From Chiloscyllium plagiosum (Eukaryota), in contig NC_057711.1 in assembly GCF_004010195.1 (NCBI RefSeq), positions 1,411,969 through 1,431,968 of the forward strand: 20,000 nucleotides of DNA, read 5' to 3'. How positions within the stretch are numbered: the stretch's first letter is position 1; each line of letters starts with the position of its first letter. Under the pieces are notes generated by a model. That model ran no database searches. It was not told the origin of the DNA and saw only the letters and a program-made list of their open reading frames with translations. A program made the translations under genes and the position numbers. Shown here in pieces: positions 11,410 through 20,000 of the stretch.

Positions 11410-12345
11410 TTGAATAGAAACACAAGGAATAGCAACAGGAGGAGGCCATTTGACCCTTTGTACTTGCTGCCCCATTCAAATGAATATGGTTGATCATCCG
11501 ACTCAGTCCCCTGTCCCTGCTTTCTCCCCCATGCTCTTTGACCCCTTTATCCCCAAGAACTATATCTCACTCCTTGAAACCATTCAACGCTTTGGCCTCA
11601 ACCACTTTCAGTGACAGAGAATCCCACAGTCTCCCCACTCTCTGGGTGAAGACATTTCTCCCCAGCTCAGTCCTATACAGCCTACCCTGTATGCTTAGTT
11701 CTTTATCCTTATCCAGTATCCTTATCCCATTTTCCGGACTCCCCAGTTATTGGGAACATCCATCCTGTATTTACCCTGTCTAGCCTTGTTAGAATTCTAT
11801 AGGTTTCTGTGGGATTCCCCCCACCCACCCCCCCTCATCCTTCTAAACCTCAGTGAATACACTGTTGGGGGCATGGAATGCGCTGCCTGTGGGAGTGTTA
11901 GAGTCAGAATCTTTGGTGACCATTAAGCGTCAATTGGATAGGTACATGGATAGGTGCTTAAGCTAGGACAAATGTTCGGCACAACATCGTGAGCCGAAGG
12001 GCCTGTTCTGTGCTTTTGTTCTATGTTCTATGTTCTATGTTCTATGTTCTATGTTCTATGTTCTTTGTTCTATTCCTCCATAGCTAGGACATCCTTCTTC
12101 AGATAAGGAGACCAAAACTGCACGCAGTATTCCAGGTGTGGTCTCTCCAAGGCCTTGTACAGTTGCAGCAAGACATCCCAGCTCCTGGACACCAATCCTC
12201 TCACTATGAAGGTCAACATCCCATTTCCCTTCTTCACTGCCTGCTGCCCCTGCATGGTTACTTTCAGCGACTGGTGTACAAGGACACCCAGATCTCTGTA
12301 TACCTCACCACTCCCTCCACCCCCCACCCCCGCTTTCACAATCTA
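11410..12345 (-). mobile_element. Minus-strand CR1 interrupted by a plus-strand CR1 3' tail (11864-12072)
   Basis: RDLGVLVHQSLK...LQLYKALERPHLEYCVQFWSPYLKKD on minus; insert is closely similar to 9020-9193. Confidence 0.85.
12017..12072 (+). repeat. (TGTTCTA)n heptamer microsatellite, about 8 copies; expanded CR1 tail
   Basis: Seen directly. Confidence 0.9.
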
Positions 12346-12359
12346 TCATCAATCAATGG

Positions 12360-13173
12360 TGTTTAATTTGGATTAATGTGAGGTGTTGCATTTTAGTTGC
12401 ATTTTAGTCAACCAGGACTAATACAGTTAATGGTTGGGTACGGGGTTCTGGTAAATAATTCTTTGAAGTTCGCATCACAGATAGACAGGAGGGGGTTAAG
12501 AAAGCACTTATCGCGCTTGCTTTCATTGCTCAGACCACAGGATGTTGGTTGTACAGGATGAGTACTGTGTATAGTTCTGGTCACCCTGCTGTAGGAAGGA
12601 TATTGTTAAATTGGAGAGAGTTCAAAAAAGCTTTACCCTCATGTTGCTCGGACAAGAAGGTTTGAATCAACTAGGAGACAGTGAGGACTGCCGATGCTGG
12701 AGATCAGAGTCGAGAGTGTGGGGCTGGAAAAGCACGGCAGGCCAGGCAGCATCTGAGGAGCAGGAGAGTCAACATTTCGGGCATAAGCCCTTCATCAGGA
12801 AACGTTGATTCTCCTGCTCCTTAGATGCTGCCTGACGTGCTGTGCATTTCCAGCCCCACACTCTCGCCCAGAAGGTTTGAGTTAAAAGGAGAAGCTGGAT
12901 ACTCTGGGACCTTTTTACGCCTGGAGTGTAGGAGATTGGGCTGTGGTCCCTATGGAAGTTTATTAAATCTTACGGGACATGGATAGGCTGAATAGCAAGG
13001 TTCTTTTCCCTAAGGCGGGGCAGTTCAAAGCTAGGGGGCATATTTTTAAGGTGAGAGGAGAAAGATTTAAAAGAACCTCAGGGGCAACTTTTTTACAGGA
13101 GGCTGGTTCATGTATGGAATGAGTTGCCAGGGGAAGTGATAGATGCAGATGCAGTTACAATGGTTAAGAGACA
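12360..13173 (+). mobile_element. CR1 ORF2 3' fragment interrupted by a Penelope-like insertion
   Basis: KDIVKLERVQKSFT, RGHIFKVRGERFK, WNELPGEV motifs. Confidence 0.8.
12666..12869. mobile_element. Penelope-like element with hammerhead core, inverted two-arm insertion inside a CR1
   Basis: Minus copy ~12681-12798 and plus partial copy 12799-12866; 11-bp direct repeat AGAAGGTTTGA at 12655-12665 and 12870-12880. Confidence 0.75.
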
Positions 13174-13673
13174 NNNNNNNNNNNNNNNNNNNNNNNNNNN
13201 NNNNNNNNNNNNNNNNNNNNNNNNNNNNNNNNNNNNNNNNNNNNNNNNNNNNNNNNNNNNNNNNNNNNNNNNNNNNNNNNNNNNNNNNNNNNNNNNNNNN
13301 NNNNNNNNNNNNNNNNNNNNNNNNNNNNNNNNNNNNNNNNNNNNNNNNNNNNNNNNNNNNNNNNNNNNNNNNNNNNNNNNNNNNNNNNNNNNNNNNNNNN
13401 NNNNNNNNNNNNNNNNNNNNNNNNNNNNNNNNNNNNNNNNNNNNNNNNNNNNNNNNNNNNNNNNNNNNNNNNNNNNNNNNNNNNNNNNNNNNNNNNNNNN
13501 NNNNNNNNNNNNNNNNNNNNNNNNNNNNNNNNNNNNNNNNNNNNNNNNNNNNNNNNNNNNNNNNNNNNNNNNNNNNNNNNNNNNNNNNNNNNNNNNNNNN
13601 NNNNNNNNNNNNNNNNNNNNNNNNNNNNNNNNNNNNNNNNNNNNNNNNNNNNNNNNNNNNNNNNNNNNNNNNN

Positions 13674-13845
13674 AGGAGCATATCAGCCATGATCAAATGG
13701 CGGAACAGACTCGATGGGCCGAATGGGTTCTGGATTAGAGGTGCTGGAAAAGCACAGCAGTTCAGGCAGCATCCAAGCATCTGCAGTCATTGTTTTTACC
13801 TCAATGGGCTGAATGGCCTAATTCTGGTCCAATATCTTATGAACT
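13674..13845 (+). mobile_element. CR1 3' tail interrupted by a Penelope-like remnant
   Basis: ATCAGCCATGATCAAATGGCGGAACAGACTCGATGGGCCGAATGG...CCTAATTCTGGTCC; near reverse complement of 1200-1270. Confidence 0.8.
13727..13803. mobile_element. Truncated inverted remnant of the same Penelope-like element (no ribozyme core) inserted in a CR1 3' tail
   Basis: GTGCTGGAAAAGCACAGCAGTTCAGGCAGCATCC (as at 19836-19869) then AGCATCTGCAGTC in the opposite orientation; flanked by ATGGGCCGAATGG (13714-13726) / ATGGGCTGAATGG (13804-13816). Confidence 0.65.
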
Positions 13846-13967
13846 TGGATCTTCCAGAGTGCTGTTCAATGTACCTCTCAACCAATCCCTTCAGCACTTT
13901 ACTCTTTGAGAAAACACACAGTATACAAATTGGCTCATGAACTAACCACATTGCACAGGTGACAACA

Positions 13968-14211
13968 TGACAGCACAGTGGCTCAGGGGTTAACACTGCT
14001 GCCTCACAGCACCCAGGGTTCAATTCCATTCAGGGGACTGTGTAGAGTTTGCACATTCATGTCTGCATGGGTTTCCTGCCACAGATCAAAGATCTGTATG
14101 TCAGGATGAATTAGCCATGGGAAAGAGTGTCACTGGGACATGGTAGGTTTTTGGAGGGTGGGGGTGGACTCGATGGGCCAAACAGCCTACTTCCCCACTG
14201 TAGGGATTCTA
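13968..14211 (+). mobile_element. Degenerate HE1-type V-SINE
   Basis: GTGGCTCAGGGGTTAACACTGCTGCCTCACAG head, GGTTCAATTCC, partial V domain and tail. Confidence 0.75.
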
Positions 14212-14395
14212 CTTTTTCAAAAACATTACAACCATAGAACGGTCCCAGACAGAGCAAGGCCATTCAGCCCGTCAAATGTGTGCCCTGAAGGAAGATTTCA
14301 CCCTCTGCCACTTCCCAACCATCTCTCTCATCCTCCAAGTCCTTCAATTCCAGATCGCACCCACCTGAATGCTGAGTGAAGCCCACTCCCCTAAA

Positions 14396-14629
14396 CCCTC
14401 GAGTGACCTCGCCTCCCTCACCCTCAGTACATTCCAGACCCTCACCCCTCGAGTGAACCACCCTCCCTCACCCTCAGTACATTCCAGATCCTCACCCCTC
14501 GAGTGAACCACCCTCCCTCACCCTCAGTACATTCCAGACCCTCACCCCTCGAGTGAACCACCCCTCCCTCACCCTCAGTACATTCCAGACCCTCACCCCT
14601 CGAGTGAACCACCCCTCCCTCACCCTCAG
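14396..14629. repeat. 50-51 bp minisatellite, about 4.6 copies
   Basis: Unit CCCTCCCTCACCCTCAGTACATTCCAGACCCTCACCCCTCGAGTGAACCA repeated head to tail. Confidence 0.92.
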
Positions 14630-14749
14630 ACAGTACACTTTGGGCCGTGTTGTGCCTGTAATGGGGGTTGCTGCAGCTGTAAGATGAAGGGGGATTGCTG
14701 GAAATGAAACAGCAGTTCCAGCCTGGATGGTTGTAAAATCAATCATGAG

Positions 14750-14755
14750 TTTATT
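14750..14755 (-). promoter_or_regulatory. Probable polyadenylation signal AATAAA of the PRKAA1-like gene (3'UTR ~14730-16507)
   Basis: Plus-strand TTTATT at the end of an AT-rich stretch that closes a largely transposon-free 1.75 kb region after the stop codon; repeats resume just beyond it. Confidence 0.55.
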
Positions 14756-15030
14756 TTCTTACAAAATGAATTGCTTTGTTAATTTTAATCCTTTAAGACT
14801 GCCACTAAGTGGCAAAAGGTAAACCATAATATTCAGTAAATAGGTAGTGTGCATAATAGATACAGCCTAAAAAATAAATCTACAAAATCAGATGTGTGCA
14901 AATTTCTGATACAGTTTACACTCAATTCCCGATTCACAGAGGCTGCTGCACTTTGAACCACAGCTTTTCCCTCGTTCGCCTATTGATTCCACGTCACAGC
15001 ACTCATATCCAGTCAGTGATCAACCAGCTG

Positions 15031-15063
15031 GAGGGGGAGGGGGAGGGGGGAGGGGGAGGGGGA
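15031..15063 (+). repeat. (GGGGGA)n G-tract, potential G-quadruplex; C-rich on the mRNA strand in the PRKAA1-like 3'UTR
   Basis: Five G5-6 runs separated by single A. Confidence 0.7.
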
Positions 15064-16299
15064 GAGCGCTCCTCCTGGCACTCAGGGAGTTGGCAAAACC
15101 CAATTATCCTGAGAGGAACCCGGGACTGCCCACGGCTGCTTGCCAGCCCCTTCCGGAGGTCTCCGCCCACCTTGACCTGAACGGCTACTTCCCACAGAGG
15201 CAGCACTGAGCAGCAGGTTCACCAGCTCCAGGGCTGTTCCGAACCGAGCCTGACTCCATCCTTACCATCACGGAATGTCCAGCACAGTAAACCTCACTCT
15301 ACCCTCTTATACTGAGCTTCATCTACACTGTCCCTGTCAAACACTCCCTGGGCAGATTCAGAGCAAAGCGACCCCTCCCTGTTCCTTCGGTCTCCCTTCA
15401 CTGCTTTACATGTTCCCTCTCCTGGGCAGCTATGCTTTATCTCAGAAGCTACCACTCAGTGGGAAGGTATGTGTGCCCTGCATAGTGCTGTGCCTCACTG
15501 TGTATGGGATGGTTTGTACCCCTCAGCGTATAATCCAACTGAAGCTGGACAGGAACCCCAACCCTTTTGCGCTCACCTGAAACCGACGTCAGAAATCTGA
15601 CAGAACATTCCATGCTAACAGGTGGGCCCCGCACACAACCTGAACAGCCGAAGGACAGGCATCTCCAACACGGTTGGGAAATCTCAGGAAACATCCACAG
15701 CCAAGCCCTGACCACTGATTCTGGAGAGAGGCTGGTTAAGCCGGAGCGTGGGGAATTGTAATTACTACTTAACCACACCCTGGAAAAGAGCGCTTCCTCC
15801 TGGGCACTGAGCTAGAACCCAGGATACCCAATCCACAACGTTCCTGCCAGGGAACCACCTTCAAACCGGAAACACCAAAGAGCTTAAGCTAACGTTCCCC
15901 AAACAGAGCAGTTTGACACTGTGCAACAATCCGCAGGTAACTGTCCAAGGAGGAATTGTTCCTGTTTGAGACTGAGAGAGAGCAGACAGAGCAACACCAG
16001 TGAATGGTGCAGAATGGCCCACTGCTCTGCAGTGCTGTGAACTGGGCTGGGTCCCCTCACACTGCACCAGCCCACCACCTCACTGGAAAACTTGCCAAGC
16101 TGCTCTGCTTACGACTCACACAGAGGGTGACAGTCAGGGAGAGGGAGGAGAGGCACAGAGGCTGGGCAGGGTGAGGGCAAACACTGGGACCCACTGCGAC
16201 TCCTCATCCTTCTGTTGTTGTAAGAGATGCAGCAAAGCAATGGATTCACATCAGCATACAGACAGGTAGAGCAAACTAAAGACAGAGCTCACGAGTTAC

Positions 16300-16322
16300 A
16301 GAGAGAGAGAGAGAGAGAGAGA
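16300..16322 (+). repeat. (AG)n microsatellite in the 3'UTR
   Basis: Seen directly. Confidence 0.9.
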
Positions 16323-16507
16323 AGGAAACACATTAGTAACTCTCAGCCTGACTGCTGACTCACACTGCCATTAGTAGCGTGCTGCTGGTGAGCTAGAGGT
16401 TTGCAGGAAGATGTTTTGAAGCATTAATCTGTTTCCCCATGTTGCTTTGTGCATTGCTGGTCAGAGTCGATCAGACTGTAATGCAGAGGCAGAGGCAGAG
16501 TTGGCCA

Positions 16508-16761
16508 TTACCTAGCCAGGAGCTTGATCAGGTTTGCGCACATCTCGAAGAATTCAATAATGTGGCTGCCAGGCCTCGGGCCCAGATCCGAGGGGACGCC
16601 AGACTCCACTGAGCTCCCAGACCACGACAAGGTACCATCAGCCAGCTTCCCGGGGCAGTCAGTGTCCGACTCCGTCCTGGAGCCACTCCGGTGGTAGCTG
16701 CTGATGGATCCGGAACGCCGAGGGGTAGTGGAGCCGGACTTGGGCTCATTCACCTCATCCG
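16508..16761 (-). CDS. PRKAA1: AMPK alpha-1-like terminal coding exon (ST loop and C-terminal NES helix, ...PRPGSHIIEFFEMCANLIKLLAR*)
   Basis: Acceptor cttctccatccAG (16763-16762), phase 1; TAA stop at 16510-16508; KSGSTTPRRSGS resembles the alpha1 ST loop and the C-terminus resembles alpha1 PRPGSHTIEFFEMCANLIK. Confidence 0.92.
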
Positions 16762-17836
16762 CTGGATGGAGAAGGGAGGTGGTCAGCACAGAATGGAGCA
16801 GGAGATCAGGAGCAGGTTCAGCACAGGACACCCACAGCCCCCCTGACCCCCCAAAAACGTCAATCACCCCCCCACCCCCCTCACCCCCGCCGAAATNNNN
16901 NNNNNNNNNNNNNNNNNNNNNNNNNNNNNNNNNNNNNNNNNNNNNNNNNNNNNNNNNNNNNNNNNNNNNNNNNNNNNNNNNNNNNNNNNNNNNNNNNNNN
17001 NNNNNNNNNNNNNNNNNNNNNNNNNNNNNNNNNNNNNNNNNNNNNNNNNNNNNNNNNNNNNNNNNNNNNNNNNNNNNNNNNNNNNNNNNNNNNNNNNNNN
17101 NNNNNNNNNNNNNNNNNNNNNNNNNNNNNNNNNNNNNNNNNNNNNNNNNNNNNNNNNNNNNNNNNNNNNNNNNNNNNNNNNNNNNNNNNNNNNNNNNNNN
17201 NNNNNNNNNNNNNNNNNNNNNNNNNNNNNNNNNNNNNNNNNNNNNNNNNNNNNNNNNNNNNNNNNNNNNNNNNNNNNNNNNNNNNNNNNNNNNNNNNNNN
17301 NNNNNNNNNNNNNNNNNNNNNNNNNNNNNNNNNNNNNNNNNNNNNNNNNNNNNNNNNNNNNNNNNNNNNNNNNNNNNNNNNNNNNNNNNNNNNNNNNNNN
17401 NNNNNNNNNNNNNNNNNNNNNNNNNNNNNNNNNNNNNNNNNNNNNNNNNNNNNNNNNNNNNNNNNNNNNNNNNNNNNNNNNNNNNNNNNNNNNNNNNNNN
17501 NNNNNNNNNNNNNNNNNNNNNNNNNNNNNNNNNNNNNNNNNNNNNNNNNNNNNNNNNNNNNNNNNNNNNNNNNNNNNNNNNNNNNNNNNNNNNNNNNNNN
17601 NNNNNNNNNNNNNNNNNNNNNNNNNNNNNNNNNNNNNNNNNNNNNNNNNNNNNNNNNNNNNNNNNNNNNNNNNNNNNNNNNNNNNNNNNNNNNNNNNNNN
17701 NNNNNNNNNNNNNNNNNNNNNNNNNNNNNNNNNNNNNNNNNNNNNNNNNNNNNNNNNNNNNNNNNNNNNNNNNNNNNNNNNNNNNNNNNNNNNNNNNNNN
17801 NNNNNNNNNNNNNNNNNNNNNNNNNNNNNNNNNNTA

Positions 17837-18427
<591 letters not shown>

Positions 18428-18715
18428 TCAAAAGCACTGTCCCAGCACGGAGACCTCACCAACCCTCAGGGCAGACCAGCACCTGTGGGCAGCGCTGATA
18501 TCACAGGCCAGTCACCTTCCAGCAGATCACAGAGATTTCAAACTCAACCCCCTCCCCCCCCCCCCCCCACTCCAACAGATCCCCACTGAAAATTCCTCTC
18601 ACCGGAATATTTCCCGCATTTTCCCAACCCTGGGATAACCCCGACAAGGCCCATGGGGGAATCGCTAACTAATCTCCCTGGGAGACTCATTGAGCTAACA
18701 GGCAGATGGAACTCA

Positions 18716-18941
18716 CCAGGGAGAGAAACTGCAGCTGCTGGAGATCAGAGTCGAGAGGGTGGTGCTGGAAAAGCACAGCAGGTCAGGCAGCCTCCGAGGA
18801 GCAGGGGAATCAACATTTCAGGCATAAACCCATCTTCCGCTCACACCTGATGAAGGGCTTATGCCCGAAACGTCGACTCTCCTGCTCCTCGGATGCTGCC
18901 TGACCTGCTGTGCTTTTCCAGCACCACACTCTCAACTGAGT
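18716..18941. mobile_element. Penelope-like element, inverted two-arm insertion in a PRKAA1-like intron; plus-strand arm has an intact hammerhead core
   Basis: Minus copy ~18729-18836 (decayed core), plus copy 18846-18936 with CTGATGA A GGGC TTAT GCCC GAAAC GTC; 9-bp direct repeat TGGAACTCA at 18707-18715 and 18942-18950. Confidence 0.75.
18847..18874 (+). ncRNA. Minimal type I hammerhead ribozyme motif (best-preserved copy)
   Basis: C3U4G5A6U7G8A9, extra A, stem II GGGC/GCCC with UUAU loop, GAAA, palindromic ACGU in place of stem III, GUC cleavage triplet. Stem I pairing is poor in this copy. Confidence 0.6.
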
Positions 18942-18980
18942 TGGAACTCATCACCTGAGCCCATTTGAAAGCAGAACCAG

Positions 18981-19073
18981 GGCCCTCATGTGGCACAGAG
19001 GTAGTGCACCTACTCCTGAACCAGGAGACCACGGTGCAAGTCCCACCATAATAACATCTCGGAAAACATATCT
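18981..19073 (+). mobile_element. Short degenerate tRNA-derived SINE
   Basis: A-box-like TGGCACAGAGG and B-box-like GGTGCAAGTCC. Confidence 0.5.
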
Positions 19074-19503
19074 ATACCGTGGTTGTGCTGCCTTACCAGG
19101 ACTGGGACGAGCCGACGTATACCAACAGTAACGGCTTATTTTGGTGCTAAACAATAAACCAGGTTCTTCTCCAGTTGGGGCTCCTTCCGTTCCTACAGAG
19201 ACCCTCCTCACCGAGAGGGTGGGACTTCAGTGTCAGGAATGGGGAAGGAGGGGGTCGGGACTGTCACTTCTCTCCACAGAGATATGAAAACCTGGTGTGA
19301 GCTGCCCGGTGTCGGAGAGGAAGGCGGCTGGTGGAAATGTAACCTCGTGGATGGTCAGTAGGTCTTCGGTAAGGTACGGGCCGCGTCTCGGCCCGGCTAC
19401 GGGGCAGAATCGGGATCATGGGGGCATTTCCAGGACAGCAACCTGTAGCCAGGGGCCACAGCTATCTCAGGTCAGTGACCTTTCAGCAGAACGGCTTAGT
19501 TTA

Positions 19504-20000
<497 letters not shown>

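Noticed and set aside
781..14211. tRNA genes at A/B-box sites
   Set aside because: Boxes continue into SINE bodies with no complete cloverleaf; they are SINE heads.
14396..14629. CRISPR-like array
   Set aside because: Units are contiguous with no unique spacers, and the context is vertebrate; it is a minisatellite.
19074..19200. Possible intronic snoRNA or other ncRNA in CpG-rich unique sequence
   Set aside because: No C/D boxes or convincing H/ACA double hairpin on the transcribed strand.

Overview
Eukaryotic, repeat-dense vertebrate DNA, most likely a shark (inferred from HE1/V-SINEs, a Deu-domain SINE and CR1/HER1-type LINEs), from a gapped assembly with four N-runs (4372-4690, 6918-7683, 13174-13673, 16897-17834). 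The minus strand carries the 3' half of an AMPK catalytic alpha-1-like gene (three visible coding exons, one predicted inside a gap, ~1.75 kb 3'UTR) and, downstream, one isolated intact exon of an NRBP-family pseudokinase. The rest is mostly nested CR1 LINE fragments and SINEs. The most notable signal is a short Penelope-like repeat in five insertions; four contain a recognisable minimal hammerhead-ribozyme core (CUGAUGA-A-GGGC-UUAU-GCCC-GAAAC-GUC or a decayed variant), four are bounded by target-site duplications and three have an inverted (fold-back) architecture. One copy appears to supply the branch point of an AMPK intron. Most ORFs in the six-frame track are repeat-derived or artefacts of N-runs. 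Repeat boundaries are approximate.
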